Positions 49,246 to 59,751 of a stretch of DNA of 64,000 nt are shown in pieces. The notes beneath the pieces are model-generated. The model was not told the origin of the DNA and searched no databases. It saw nothing but the letters and a program-made list of their open reading frames with translations. The first letter of the stretch is position 1, and every line of letters starts with the position of its first letter. The stretch comes from Chitinophagaceae bacterium. Lineage in GTDB: Bacteria > Bacteroidota > Bacteroidia > Chitinophagales > Chitinophagaceae. The DNA is taken from contig JAFMEV010000001.1 in the NCBI GenBank assembly GCA_017856545.1, positions 66,231 through 130,230 of the forward strand. The letters are read 5' to 3'. The position numbers and the translations under genes were made by a program.

Positions 49246-49812
49246 ATGAAAATATTAGTTTTTGATAATTATGATTCCTTTACTTACAATTTGGTGCAAA
49301 TGATCAATGAGTTGACTACTGCATCGGTTGATGTGTATCGAAATGATGAAATAGCATTAGAAAAGGTGAAACTATATGATAAAATATTGCTTTCTCCCGG
49401 TCCAGGTGTTCCTTCTGAATCAGGTTTATTATTGCCCATCATTAAAGAGTATGCAGCTACAAAATCAATTTTTGGAGTTTGTTTAGGACAACAAGCCATT
49501 GCTGAATCTTTTGGAGGAAGTTTAAGCAACTTAAGTAAAGTGTATCATGGTATTGCCACAGATGTTCAATTAACGAATCCATCAACTTTATTTGAAGGAT
49601 TACCAACTACTTTTAAAGTGGGTAGGTACCATAGTTGGGTAGTGAATGAACATGACTTACCTAAAGATTTAATCATTACATCAAAAGATGAAGATGGATA
49701 TATTATGTCTTTAGAGCATACTCGTTTTGATGTAAAAGGAGTTCAATATCATCCGGAAAGTGTTTTGACGCCAGAAGGGTCGCAGATTATTTCCAATTGG
49801 TTAAAAAATTAG
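49246..49812 (+). CDS. trpG: Anthranilate synthase component II (glutamine amidotransferase)
   Basis: DNYDSFTYNL, LSPGPG, GVCLGQQ, GRYHSW, GVQYHPES. Confidence 0.96.
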   Translation: MKILVFDNYDSFTYNLVQMINELTTASVDVYRNDEIALEKVKLYDKILLSPGPGVPSESGLLLPIIKEYAATKSIFGVCLGQQAIAESFGGSLSNLSKVYHGIATDVQLTNPSTLFEGLPTTFKVGRYHSWVVNEHDLPKDLIITSKDEDGYIMSLEHTRFDVKGVQYHPESVLTPEGSQIISNWLKN

Positions 49813-49830
49813 TAGTAGAAAATATAATAG

Positions 49831-50823
49831 ATGAAAAAAATATTACAATATTTATTTGAGCATAAGACGCTAAGTCAAGAAGAAGCAAGGAATGTGTTGA
49901 TACAGATTTCAGAAGGCAAATATTCAGAGCATGAAGTAACTTCTTTTGTTACCGTTTTCTTAATGCGAAGTATCACTATACAAGAATTATTGGGCTTTAG
50001 AGATGCTTTGCTTTCTTTAGCTGTGAAAGTGCATCTTGGAGTGGATGATGCTATTGATATTGTTGGAACGGGTGGCGACGGAAAAGATACTTTTAATATT
50101 TCCACATTAGCCTGTTTTATTGTCGCAGGTACCGGACAAAAAGTAATTAAGCATGGTAATTATGGTGCATCTAGTGTAAGTGGTGCGTCTAATGTGATGG
50201 AAAAAATGGGGTATCAATTTAAAAACGAAGAAGCTGTTTTAACTCAAGAACTAAAAGAAGCGGGTATTTGTTTTTTACATGCTCCCTTATTCCATCCGGC
50301 ATTAAAAGCAGTTGGTCCAATGAGAAGAAACATGGGAGTAAGAACTTTTTTTAATATGCTAGGCCCAATTGTGAATCCAGCTCAACCTAAATACCAATTG
50401 ATTGGCGTCTATAATGTTGAAATGGCTAGAATATATAATTATGTATTACAAAGTTTGAATAAAGACTTTACTTTAATTCATAGTTTGGATGGGTATGATG
50501 AGATTTCTTTGACTGCAGATACAAAAGTGGTGACCAATAAAGGAGAGTTTATTAAATCTCCCATAGAATTAGCAAATTTAAATGTCCGTCAAGAAGATTT
50601 ACATGGGGGAGACACGGTGGATGCGGCAGCAGCTATATTTAAAAATATATTAGAGGGTAAAGGAACCAAATCGCAAAATGCGGTGGTATTAGCCAATGCT
50701 GCTATGGCATTAATGGTGACTGGTAAGTATCAACAATATCAGGATGCATTTGATGCTGCTTCTACAAGTTTGACATCAGGTGCAGCCAATACATGTTTAC
50801 AAAAACTAATTAACCTGCAATGA
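49831..50823 (+). CDS. trpD: Anthranilate phosphoribosyltransferase
   Basis: DIVGTGGDG..TFNIST, KHGN, RTFFNMLGP..NP, DGYDEIS. Confidence 0.96.
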   Translation: MKKILQYLFEHKTLSQEEARNVLIQISEGKYSEHEVTSFVTVFLMRSITIQELLGFRDALLSLAVKVHLGVDDAIDIVGTGGDGKDTFNISTLACFIVAGTGQKVIKHGNYGASSVSGASNVMEKMGYQFKNEEAVLTQELKEAGICFLHAPLFHPALKAVGPMRRNMGVRTFFNMLGPIVNPAQPKYQLIGVYNVEMARIYNYVLQSLNKDFTLIHSLDGYDEISLTADTKVVTNKGEFIKSPIELANLNVRQEDLHGGDTVDAAAAIFKNILEGKGTKSQNAVVLANAAMALMVTGKYQQYQDAFDAASTSLTSGAANTCLQKLINLQ

Positions 50824-51602
50824 GTAACAATATATTAAATACGATTATTCAACATAAACTAGTCGAAGTAGCAGCTAGAAAAAAAGAGGTTTCTTTTGCT
50901 CAATTGGAAGCTATGCCAAGGTTTGAACAGAAGCTAGTCTCTTTAAAAGCATCTATTCAACAAGTAGATAAAAAAGGGATCATTGCAGAATTCAAAAGAC
51001 AATCTCCAAGTAAAGGAATCATCAATGCTCAAGCAGATGTAGAAACGGTAACTACTGCTTACGAACAATTTGGTGCCTCTGGAATTTCGGTATTAACTGA
51101 TCAGTCTTTTTTTGGAGGAAGCTTAGCTGATTTAAGTATTGCTGTTGAAAGAACCATTCCAGTATTAAGAAAAGAATTTATGGTGGATGAGTTTCAAATA
51201 GTAGAGGCCAAAGCATATGGTGCATCTGCCATTTTATTGATCGCCGCTTGTTTAACAGCTGAGCAAACCAAAGTATTTGCTACGCAGGCAAAATCATTGG
51301 GATTAGAAGTTTTATTGGAATTGCATGACGCATCAGAATTGGATCATATTTGTGACGAAGTAGATCTAGTGGGTATTAATAATAGAAGCTTGAAATCTTT
51401 TGAGGTCAATATTGAACATAGTCTTCAATTGAAAGCTCGATTACCAAAAGAGAAGTTGAGTATTGCAGAAAGTGGTATTTATGATGTAGAGACATTTAGA
51501 CTGTTAAAAAAAGAAGGTTTCGATGGATTTTTAATGGGAGAATATTTTATGAAACAAGCCAATCCTGCAGCAGCTTTTGAGGCATTTACTCAATTGATTT
51601 AA
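50820..51602 (+). CDS. trpC: Indole-3-glycerol phosphate synthase
   Basis: IAEFKRQSPSKG, SVLTD, LRKEF, VGINNRSL, AESGI, LMGEYFM. Confidence 0.96.
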   Translation: MSNNILNTIIQHKLVEVAARKKEVSFAQLEAMPRFEQKLVSLKASIQQVDKKGIIAEFKRQSPSKGIINAQADVETVTTAYEQFGASGISVLTDQSFFGGSLADLSIAVERTIPVLRKEFMVDEFQIVEAKAYGASAILLIAACLTAEQTKVFATQAKSLGLEVLLELHDASELDHICDEVDLVGINNRSLKSFEVNIEHSLQLKARLPKEKLSIAESGIYDVETFRLLKKEGFDGFLMGEYFMKQANPAAAFEAFTQLI

Positions 51603-51615
51603 TAAAATAAATTGT

Positions 51616-52245
51616 ATGCAAGTTAAAGTGTGTGGAATAACAGATATAAGTCAAGCTAAGGCATTAGATGCCTTGGGGGTGCACTTTATTGGGTTTATTT
51701 TTTATCCATCCTCTAAGCGGTATGTTTTAAACAATTTAAGTTTAACAGATCTTCAAGATTTTAAAACAACAAAAGCAAAAAAAGTGGGCGTGTTTGTGAA
51801 CGAACCGTTGGAATCTTTGTTGAGTATAGTGAAAGCAGCGGATTTGGATATGGTACAATTACATGGAGATGAAGATCTTGCATATTGTACAAAACTGAAG
51901 GGAATCGTATCGGTAGTAAAAGTATTTAGGGTGGGAGCACTCGTTCCTAACATGGATGGCTTTGATCAGGTTACGGATTATTTTTTATTTGATACAGATA
52001 GTCATTTGTATGGAGGTAGTGGCCAGCACTTTAATTGGGAGATCATTAAAAATCACTCAATGGCTAAGCCTTATTTTTTGAGTGGTGGAATTGGTCCAAA
52101 CGATATTAAAGGTTTGGAAGTGATGCTAACTACCAAAGCAGGTAAACAATTATTGGCAGTGGATTTAAATAGCCAATTTGAAATAAGTCCAGGAAATAAA
52201 GATGTAGAAAAAATTAAAACATTTATAGATGCAATTATTCGATAA
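51616..52245 (+). CDS. trpF: Phosphoribosylanthranilate isomerase
   Basis: VKVCGIT, GFIFY..SKR, GVFVN, VQLHGDE, LFDT, GGSG..FNW, LSGGIGP. Confidence 0.95.
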   Translation: MQVKVCGITDISQAKALDALGVHFIGFIFYPSSKRYVLNNLSLTDLQDFKTTKAKKVGVFVNEPLESLLSIVKAADLDMVQLHGDEDLAYCTKLKGIVSVVKVFRVGALVPNMDGFDQVTDYFLFDTDSHLYGGSGQHFNWEIIKNHSMAKPYFLSGGIGPNDIKGLEVMLTTKAGKQLLAVDLNSQFEISPGNKDVEKIKTFIDAIIR

Positions 52246-53434
52246 AACAGCAGAATACCAAGAACCTAATCAAGAAGGGTACTATGGTGAGTTTGGCGGC
52301 GCATATATTCCAGAAATGTTGTTTGGCAATGTGGAGGAATTAAAGAACCAATATTTGGATATCATGAATGATCCTGATTTTCAAATTGAATTTCATGCAT
52401 TATTAAGGGATTATGTTGGAAGGCCTACACCTTTATTTTATGCAGAAAGATTGAGTAAAGAAATTGGAACTACAGTTTATTTGAAAAGAGAGGATCTATG
52501 TCATACTGGAGCGCATAAAATTAACAATACCATTGGACAAATTTTATTAGCACAGCGTTTAGGAAAGACAAAAATTATTGCGGAAACCGGAGCTGGTCAA
52601 CATGGTGTTGCTACTGCAACAGTTTGTGCTTTAAAAGGCATGGAGTGTGTGGTGTATATGGGCGAAAAAGACATTGAACGCCAGGCGCCCAATGTGGCAA
52701 GAATGAAATTATTGGGTGCTAAAGTAGTTCCTGCAACAAGTGGAAGTAAAACATTGAAAGACGCTACCAATGAAGCCATTCGAGCATGGATCAATGAACC
52801 AGACACAACACATTATATTATTGGCAGTGTTGTAGGGCCACATCCTTATCCAGATATGGTTGCCAAATTTCAAAGTGTGATCAGCGATGAAATTAGAAAA
52901 CAATTAAAAGAGAAGACAGGTGCTGAATTACCTACCCATGTGGTGGCTTGTGTGGGTGGAGGCAGTAATGCCGCAGGTGCTTTTTATCATTTTTTAAATG
53001 AACCAACAGTGGATTTAGTTGCAGTGGAAGCTGCAGGTCATGGGGTTTATTCAGGCATGAGTGCTGCTACTACGCAATTAGGTACAACAGGTATTTTGCA
53101 TGGAAGTAAAAGTATTTTAATGCAAACCAAGGATGGACAAGTAGTAGAACCACATAGTATTAGTGCTGGATTGGATTATCCAGGTATTGGTCCTTTACAT
53201 GCTTATTTATTTAAAAGTGGGAGAGGAACTTTTACAAGTGCAACAGATGAGGAAGCATTAGAATGGGCATCTCATTTATCTAAAATTGAAGGAATCATTC
53301 CAGCATTAGAAACTGCACACGCATTTGCTATTTTACCAAAAATGAATTTTAAACCTACAGATATAGTAGTTGTTTGTTTGAGTGGAAGAGGAGATAAGGA
53401 TTTGGCTACATATATGTCTAATATTAAAATGTAA
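52229..53434 (+). CDS. trpB: Tryptophan synthase beta chain
   Basis: [55 protein letters not shown]. Confidence 0.98.
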   Translation: MQLFDKTAEYQEPNQEGYYGEFGGAYIPEMLFGNVEELKNQYLDIMNDPDFQIEFHALLRDYVGRPTPLFYAERLSKEIGTTVYLKREDLCHTGAHKINNTIGQILLAQRLGKTKIIAETGAGQHGVATATVCALKGMECVVYMGEKDIERQAPNVARMKLLGAKVVPATSGSKTLKDATNEAIRAWINEPDTTHYIIGSVVGPHPYPDMVAKFQSVISDEIRKQLKEKTGAELPTHVVACVGGGSNAAGAFYHFLNEPTVDLVAVEAAGHGVYSGMSAATTQLGTTGILHGSKSILMQTKDGQVVEPHSISAGLDYPGIGPLHAYLFKSGRGTFTSATDEEALEWASHLSKIEGIIPALETAHAFAILPKMNFKPTDIVVVCLSGRGDKDLATYMSNIKM

Positions 53435-53439
53435 AAAAG

Positions 53440-54213
53440 ATGATGTCCAGATTGAAGCATTTATTTGATCAAAAAAGCACAAGGGTGCTGAATGTATATT
53501 GTACTGCAGGTTTCCCACAATTGAATAGTACTTTGGAAGTGATGGAATCTTTGCAAGCCAATGGTGCAGACATTATTGAATTGGGTATGCCTTATAGCGA
53601 TCCATTAGCAGATGGTGAAGTGATTCAATCAAGTAGTTTGGTGGCTTTGGGTAATGGTATGACTATCGAATTATTATTTGAGCAATTAGCATCTATGAGA
53701 AAGTCTATTCATATTCCTGTTATTTTAATGGGGTATATGAATCCTATATTACAATATGGTTTTGAGCGTTTTTGTAAAGCTGCAAAGGAAGTTGGTGTGG
53801 ATGGATTAATCTTGCCTGATTTACCTTTATTTGAATTTGAAACAATTTATGGCAGCGCTATTCAAGCAAATGGTTTAGATTTTATTTTTCTGGTAACTCC
53901 CGAAACTTCAGAAGAGCGTTTGAAAAAATTAGATAGTTTAAGTTCAGGTTTTTTATATGCAGTTAGTTCATCTGCTACAACAGGAAAGGATAAAGATTTT
54001 TCAAAAGTTGCCATGTATTTAAAGCGACTTAAAGCTTTTGGATTAAAAAATCCATTTTTAGTTGGATTTGGTATCAAAGACAAAGAAAGTTTTAATGCTG
54101 TGAATGAATACGCTAATGGTGCTATTATAGGGTCTGCATATATTAAAGCTCTATCGTCTGGATCTGATGTGAATGCTATTACCAAAACATTTTTGGAATC
54201 TATTTTAAAATAA
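53440..54213 (+). CDS. trpA: Tryptophan synthase alpha chain
   Basis: IELGMPYSDPLADG.VIQ, LMGYMNP, DGLILPDLP, VGFGI, GAIIGSA. Confidence 0.97.
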   Translation: MMSRLKHLFDQKSTRVLNVYCTAGFPQLNSTLEVMESLQANGADIIELGMPYSDPLADGEVIQSSSLVALGNGMTIELLFEQLASMRKSIHIPVILMGYMNPILQYGFERFCKAAKEVGVDGLILPDLPLFEFETIYGSAIQANGLDFIFLVTPETSEERLKKLDSLSSGFLYAVSSSATTGKDKDFSKVAMYLKRLKAFGLKNPFLVGFGIKDKESFNAVNEYANGAIIGSAYIKALSSGSDVNAITKTFLESILK

Positions 54214-54216
54214 ACA

Positions 54217-54807
54217 ATGAGTACAGTGATCATTCAATATAACGCAGGTAATATACAATCGGTCTTGTATGCCTTAGAGCGTTTGGGCGTTGCAGCATTG
54301 GTAACAGATGATCCAATTAAAATTAAGACTGCTGATAGGGTTATTTTTCCTGGAGTAGGTGAGGCAAGTACAGCTATGCAGTATTTAAAAGAACGACAAT
54401 TAGATATTTTAATTCAAAATTTAAAACAACCCGTATTAGGTATTTGTTTAGGGATGCAATTAATGTGTACTTATTCAGAAGAAAACAATACCAATTGTTT
54501 GGGCATATTTAATGAGCAAGTAAAACAATTTAGGCCAGAAAATAATTCAATAAAAGTGCCTCAGATGGGTTGGAATACCATTACTCATTTACAAACTCCT
54601 TTATTTAAGGGAGTAGAAGAAAATAGTTATGCTTATTTTGTACATGGCTACTATGCATCCATTGGGGAGCATACTATTGCGCAAACCAATTATATTCTGG
54701 ATTATAGCTCGGCCTTACATAAAGATAATTTTTATGGAGTACAATTTCATCCGGAAAAATCAGCAAAGGCAGGAGAACAAATTATTCAAAACTTTTTATC
54801 CATATAG
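54217..54807 (+). CDS. hisH: Imidazole glycerol phosphate synthase glutaminase subunit
   Basis: GNIQSV, FPGVG, LGICLGMQL, PQMGWN, YFVHGY, GVQFHPEKS. Confidence 0.96.
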   Translation: MSTVIIQYNAGNIQSVLYALERLGVAALVTDDPIKIKTADRVIFPGVGEASTAMQYLKERQLDILIQNLKQPVLGICLGMQLMCTYSEENNTNCLGIFNEQVKQFRPENNSIKVPQMGWNTITHLQTPLFKGVEENSYAYFVHGYYASIGEHTIAQTNYILDYSSALHKDNFYGVQFHPEKSAKAGEQIIQNFLSI

Positions 54808-54809
54808 AG

Positions 54810-55523
54810 ATGCAAATAATACCTGCTATAGATTTGATTGATGGTAAATGTGTAAGATTAACAGAGGGGGATTATGCCCAAAAGAAAATCTACAATGAAG
54901 ATCCATTGGAAGTAGCCAAGGCATTTGAGGGCATTGGATTAATGCGTTTACACCTAGTGGATTTGGACGGTGCGAAAGCAGGTGAAGTGGTGAATTGGAA
55001 GGTTTTAGAAAAAATTGCCCATCAAACCCAATTAAAGATTGATTTCGGTGGGGGTATAAAAAAAGAAACCACATTGAAAACTGTTTTTGATACAGGAGCA
55101 AGCTATGCTACTATAGGAAGTTTGGCAGTAAACAATAGACTTGTATTTGAAGAATGGATTGAACGTTTTGGTGCAGATGCTTTTATGTTGGGAGCAGATG
55201 TTTTTGAAGAAAAAATTGCCATTGGTGGATGGATAGAAAAAACCAATATAGATGTATATGAATTTATTGAATCTTATATGAGTAAAGGGATTGCTCAAGT
55301 TTTTTGTACCGATATTCAAAAAGATGGAAAATTGGCTGGGCCTTCCATTGATTTGTATAAAAAAATCATGGACCAATTTCCAAAGCTACAATTAATAGCA
55401 AGTGGGGGCGTGAGTAATATGGAAGATTTACATACACTTCGAACTATTGGTTGCGCTGGAGCTATTGTGGGGAAAGCTATTTATGAAAACAGAATTACTT
55501 TAAAAGAATTAGCATCATTTTAA
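54810..55523 (+). CDS. hisA: ProFAR isomerase
   Basis: [56 protein letters not shown]. Confidence 0.96.
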   Translation: MQIIPAIDLIDGKCVRLTEGDYAQKKIYNEDPLEVAKAFEGIGLMRLHLVDLDGAKAGEVVNWKVLEKIAHQTQLKIDFGGGIKKETTLKTVFDTGASYATIGSLAVNNRLVFEEWIERFGADAFMLGADVFEEKIAIGGWIEKTNIDVYEFIESYMSKGIAQVFCTDIQKDGKLAGPSIDLYKKIMDQFPKLQLIASGGVSNMEDLHTLRTIGCAGAIVGKAIYENRITLKELASF

Positions 55524-55527
55524 TACT

Positions 55528-56286
55528 ATGTTAACTAAGAGAATCATACCTTGTTTAGATATTAAAGATGGCAGAACAGTTAAGGGGATCAACTTTGAGC
55601 AAATCAGAGATGCGGGTGATCCAGTGGAATTAGCTGCATTGTATGCACAGCAAGGAGCAGATGAATTGGTATTCTTAGATATTACCGCTACTGTTGAAAG
55701 AAGAAAGACATTAAGCGAATTGGTGAATAAAATTGCCCATAAAATCAATATACCATTTACAGTTGGTGGAGGGATACAAACAGAAGAAGATGTTTCTATA
55801 CTTTTGCAAAATGGTGCTGACAAAATCTCCGTTAATTCAGCAGCATTTAAAAATCCTTCTATCATTCAAAGTTTTGCTACCAACTTCGGAAGTCAATGTG
55901 TGGTATTGGCAATTGATGCAAAATGTGAAGAGGATGGTAGATGGTATGTTTATTTAAATGGAGGAAGAATAAAAACGGATAAATTGGTGGAAGAGTGGGC
56001 TAAAGAAGCGGTGGACTTAGGTGTAGGAGAAATTTTACTCACTAGTATGAATCATGATGGGACCAAACAAGGCTTTGCTTTAGATATAACAGCAAAGTTA
56101 TCTGAAACATTATCCGTACCCATAATTGCTTCAGGGGGTGGAGGCAATGCGCAACATTTTTATGATGTCTTTGCCAAAGGGAAAGCAGATGCAGCATTAG
56201 CGGCAAGTATCTTTCATTATAAGGAAGTAAGTATTCCAGAATTAAAAAATTATTTATATCAACAACAAATTCCAGTAAGACTTTAA
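55528..56286 (+). CDS. hisF: Imidazole glycerol phosphate synthase cyclase subunit
   Basis: [54 protein letters not shown]. Confidence 0.97.
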   Translation: MLTKRIIPCLDIKDGRTVKGINFEQIRDAGDPVELAALYAQQGADELVFLDITATVERRKTLSELVNKIAHKINIPFTVGGGIQTEEDVSILLQNGADKISVNSAAFKNPSIIQSFATNFGSQCVVLAIDAKCEEDGRWYVYLNGGRIKTDKLVEEWAKEAVDLGVGEILLTSMNHDGTKQGFALDITAKLSETLSVPIIASGGGGNAQHFYDVFAKGKADAALAASIFHYKEVSIPELKNYLYQQQIPVRL

Positions 56287-56316
56287 AAATTATACAATCA
56301 TTAATCCTTGATTCAA

Positions 56317-56916
56317 ATGAATATTCAATTTTCAAAATACGCAGATGGCTTGGTGCCTGCCATTATACAAGACAATCAAACCGGTAAAGTATTGATGTTG
56401 GGTTTTATGAACCAAGAGGCAGTTGATGCAACTATGTCTCAACAAAAAGTCACTTTTTTTAGCCGTACTAAAAACAGATTATGGACCAAGGGAGAAGAAA
56501 GCGGACATTATTTAGCATTGGTCAATATGCAATTAGATTGCGATAACGATACTTTATTGATTAAGGCGATTCCAAATGGTCCGGTTTGTCATACAGGTTC
56601 AGATACATGCTGGGGGGAACTGAATTCAAATAGCACGGATTTTTTATCAAAATTAGAAGGGATAATTGCTAGTAGGAAAACAGCTGCACCTGAAAGTTCA
56701 TATGTTGCATCGCTTTTCCAAAAGGGAATTAATAAGATCGCTCAAAAAGTGGGAGAGGAGGCAGTTGAAACTATAATTGAGGCAAAAGATAAGAATAATG
56801 ATTTGTTTGTTGGAGAGGCAGCAGATTTATTGTTCCATTACCTCATCTTGCTTCAGGCAAAAGGGTTTACTTTATCCGATATTACTAAAGAATTGGAGAA
56901 AAGGCATAAAGCATAA
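56317..56916 (+). CDS. hisIE: Bifunctional phosphoribosyl-AMP cyclohydrolase / phosphoribosyl-ATP pyrophosphatase
   Basis: GLVPAIIQD, SRTKNRLWTKGEESG, DCDNDTLL, CHTG...C, KVGEEAVE, ADLLFH. Confidence 0.96.
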   Translation: MNIQFSKYADGLVPAIIQDNQTGKVLMLGFMNQEAVDATMSQQKVTFFSRTKNRLWTKGEESGHYLALVNMQLDCDNDTLLIKAIPNGPVCHTGSDTCWGELNSNSTDFLSKLEGIIASRKTAAPESSYVASLFQKGINKIAQKVGEEAVETIIEAKDKNNDLFVGEAADLLFHYLILLQAKGFTLSDITKELEKRHKA

Positions 56917-56947
56917 TTGCTTATATTTGATCATTCAATATAATAAA

Positions 56948-58027
56948 ATGAAAAAAATACTATTCGGATTTTTAGCCATTGTAAGTTTTCAAAACATCAT
57001 GGCACAGGGTTTGCAAATCAAAGGAAATCTTAAAAATATACCAGATAATACTACAGCAAGTTTAATGGATGGCATGGCCAATAAAGTGGTAGATTCTGCT
57101 AAAGTAGTAGGAGGTGTATTTCAGTTAAAAGCTACAGTAGATAATCCAGGCATTTTTGTATTATCTTTTAATGGTATCCCTGCAAAAATTCCCATGTTTG
57201 TAGGCAACGATCAGTTGAGCATTACAGGTGATGTACAAGATGCAAATAAATTGGAGTATAAAGGCTCTGCTACACAAGATTTATATATTGAATACATGAA
57301 AGTGCTTACACCTCAAATTGAAGGATTGTTTGGCGCAAAAAATGTAGGAGCTACTGCTTCAGGTAATACAAAAGATTCTGCATTAAAGCAAGTAACTGTG
57401 AGAGAAACTAACATCTCCAATTCGTTGGCTGCATTAATGAAGGCCAATAGTCAATCGCCTGTATCAACTTTATTCTTATTGCAAGTAGCTAATTTTGTTC
57501 CTGCAGTTAAAGATAATATGGCAACTTACTATGATGTATTAAGTGGCGCTGCTAAAACTGGTCCATTTGCGGATTATATCTCCAAAACAATTTCTACAGC
57601 AAGTATTGGTAATATTGGAACGGTATTACCAGATTTTAAGCAAAATGATGTCAATGGAAAATCTGTAAGTTTAGCTTCATTTAGAGGCAAGTATGTATTG
57701 ATTGATTTCTGGGCAAGTTGGTGTGGACCGTGTAGAGCAGAAAATCCGAATGTGGTAAAAACCTACAACGCGTTTAAAAATAAAAACTTCACTGTTCTAG
57801 GAGTTTCTTTGGATCAAGATAAGGCAAGATGGTTAGAAGCAATTAAGAAAGATGGCTTAACATGGACACATGTAAGTGATTTAAAATATTGGAACAATGC
57901 GGTGGCTGTTCAATTTGGTATTCAAAGTATACCAGCAAGTTTCTTGATTGATCCTAATGGCGTAGTGATTGGAAGAGATTTAAGAGGGGAAGATTTAACC
58001 AGAGTTTTATCAGAGAAGATTAAATAA
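56948..58027 (+). CDS. Periplasmic TlpA-family thiol-disulfide oxidoreductase with DUF4369-like N-terminus
   Basis: Signal peptide IMA-Q; DFWASWCGPCRAENP; GVSLD; TATATTTG box at 56922-56929. Confidence 0.9.
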   Translation: MKKILFGFLAIVSFQNIMAQGLQIKGNLKNIPDNTTASLMDGMANKVVDSAKVVGGVFQLKATVDNPGIFVLSFNGIPAKIPMFVGNDQLSITGDVQDANKLEYKGSATQDLYIEYMKVLTPQIEGLFGAKNVGATASGNTKDSALKQVTVRETNISNSLAALMKANSQSPVSTLFLLQVANFVPAVKDNMATYYDVLSGAAKTGPFADYISKTISTASIGNIGTVLPDFKQNDVNGKSVSLASFRGKYVLIDFWASWCGPCRAENPNVVKTYNAFKNKNFTVLGVSLDQDKARWLEAIKKDGLTWTHVSDLKYWNNAVAVQFGIQSIPASFLIDPNGVVIGRDLRGEDLTRVLSEKIK

Positions 58028-58045
58028 GCTTTTACGCATACACAT

Positions 58046-58076
58046 AAAAAAGCCCTGGTTATTTCAGGGCTTTTTT
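58046..58076. terminator. Bidirectional terminator overlapping the 3' end of the arsC-like CDS
   Basis: aaaaaagccctg-N7-cagggctttttt (12-bp stem). Confidence 0.85.
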
Positions 58077-58409
58077 GTATTCAGTCTCATCAAAACCGAG
58101 TACAATGATTTTACCATTTTCTTCAATCAAAGGTCTTTTAATGATGGAAGTTTTTTCTATCATCAAAGCAATGGCAGCTTTTTGAGTAGTGATGCTTTCT
58201 TGTATTTCTTTGGGCAATTGTCTCCAAGTAGCTCCTTTTTTATTGATCAATGTTTCCCAGCCAATCTGCTTGGACCAATGGGTTAATTGAGTTGCTGTAA
58301 TTCCTTTTTTCTTGTAATCATGAAATTCTACAGCCACTTTATTTTTTTTTAACCAATCCAAGGCTTTCTTAACGGTATTGCAATTAGGTATTGCATAAAC
58401 TGTTTTCAT
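58059..58409 (-). CDS. ArsC/Spx/MgsR family protein (YffB-like)
   Basis: YAIPNCNTVKKALDWL, FHDYKK, LINKKGATWR, IIKRPL. Confidence 0.9.
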   Translation of the reverse strand: MKTVYAIPNCNTVKKALDWLKKNKVAVEFHDYKKKGITATQLTHWSKQIGWETLINKKGATWRQLPKEIQESITTQKAAIALMIEKTSIIKRPLIEENGKIIVLGFDETEYKKALK

Positions 58410-58413
58410 ATGG

Positions 58414-58917
58414 TTATTTTAAATATTTTTTTCCTAACCAGCTATCTTGGATGGGTTGCATCCAATCAGTTTCCATAGCCGATTTATTATTGACTAAATT
58501 ATTAAAGTATAAAGTTGTAGGGGATAGCATACCATTTTCTAAAGCGTATCCAACTTGTGCTAATGGTATTGTTTGTACTTTATCTTTTACCCAAAATGCT
58601 AATAATTCTCTATTAAACATTTGAACACCTGTCATTTTCTCAATTTCTTTAATCACTCTTACAGAGCTATCGGTACTGCATCCACTAACAGTCGTAACAG
58701 CTTCATCTGCCATCATAACAATAAACTGTCCGTATAAGGCAGTAGCAAAACCTTTTACATCTGTGCCATGACTTTTCCAGTTATCTACAAAAGCTTCCAA
58801 TACAGGTTCTATTTCAAAAAGCTCTCCCATAGTGAAAGTTCTATTGGATTGGTACACCCATAGTTTGGATTGTGGATGAAAATCTTCTGGTAGTACAGTT
58901 GCTAAGTCAACAATCAT
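58414..58917 (-). CDS. Conserved Bacteroidota hypothetical protein
   Basis: SKLWVYQSNR, NWKSHG, DE....SGCSTDS motifs; within an operon with the Fe-S genes. Confidence 0.75.
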   Translation of the reverse strand: MIVDLATVLPEDFHPQSKLWVYQSNRTFTMGELFEIEPVLEAFVDNWKSHGTDVKGFATALYGQFIVMMADEAVTTVSGCSTDSSVRVIKEIEKMTGVQMFNRELLAFWVKDKVQTIPLAQVGYALENGMLSPTTLYFNNLVNNKSAMETDWMQPIQDSWLGKKYLK

Positions 58918-58961
58918 TTTCTATTCAATTTTTTAGTAATCATCTTTAAATTAAATGCTCA

Positions 58962-59741
58962 TTACTTAATGGCTTGTGCAACAATTTCAGCAATATCAAG
59001 TACATCCATTTTTATTTCTTCATTTCTATTTTTAATACCATCTGTCATCATTGTATTACAAAACGGACAAGCGCTTGCTACCATCGAAGCCTTTGTTTCA
59101 ATTGCTTCATCTGCTCTTTCAGTATTAATTCTTTTATCTCCTTTTTCTTCTTCCTTAAACATTTGTGCACCACCTGCGCCGCAACAAAGCCCTTTTGATT
59201 TACAACGCTTCATTTCACGAAGTTCCATGTCTAAACTTTCTAATACTTTTCTTGGCGCTTCATAAATATCATTCGCCCTACCTAAATAACAACTATCGTG
59301 ATAAGCAATGGATTTTCCTTTCCATTCGTTGCTATCCGTAAATTGTATTTTACCTTGTTCAATTAATTCTTGCAAGAAAGTGGTATGATGAATTACATCA
59401 TAGTTACCCCCTAAAGCCGGGTATTCATTCTTCAATACATTAAAACAATGTGGGCATGTAGTCACTATCTTCTTAATATTATAAGCATTCATTACTTGTA
59501 TATTCTGATAGGCCATCATTTGAAACATAAATTCATTACCAGCTCTTCTTGCAGGATCGCCAGTACATGCTTCTTCTTTTCCTAGTATTGCATATTCAAT
59601 ACCTGCTTTTTCCAGAATGGTGGCAAAAGCTTTTGTAATTTTTTGCGCTCTTTGATCAAAGCTGCCCGCACATCCTACCCAAAACAATACCTCTGGTTCT
59701 TTTCCCGCAGCTAAAAATTCTGCCATTGTTGCTACTTTCAT
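58962..59741 (-). CDS. CCG-domain (Fe-S)-binding oxidoreductase subunit
   Basis: WVGCAG, CTGDPARRAGNE, TTCPHC, YHDSCYLGR, CCGAGG, ACPFC; ATG at 59741 preferred. Confidence 0.88.
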   Translation of the reverse strand: MKVATMAEFLAAGKEPEVLFWVGCAGSFDQRAQKITKAFATILEKAGIEYAILGKEEACTGDPARRAGNEFMFQMMAYQNIQVMNAYNIKKIVTTCPHCFNVLKNEYPALGGNYDVIHHTTFLQELIEQGKIQFTDSNEWKGKSIAYHDSCYLGRANDIYEAPRKVLESLDMELREMKRCKSKGLCCGAGGAQMFKEEEKGDKRINTERADEAIETKASMVASACPFCNTMMTDGIKNRNEEIKMDVLDIAEIVAQAIK

Positions 59742-59751
59742 ATAATAAATA

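Noticed and set aside
54810-55523. hisA as a bifunctional PriA explaining the his/trp fusion
   Set aside because: A complete, separate trpF (51616..52245) is present, so dual function is not required
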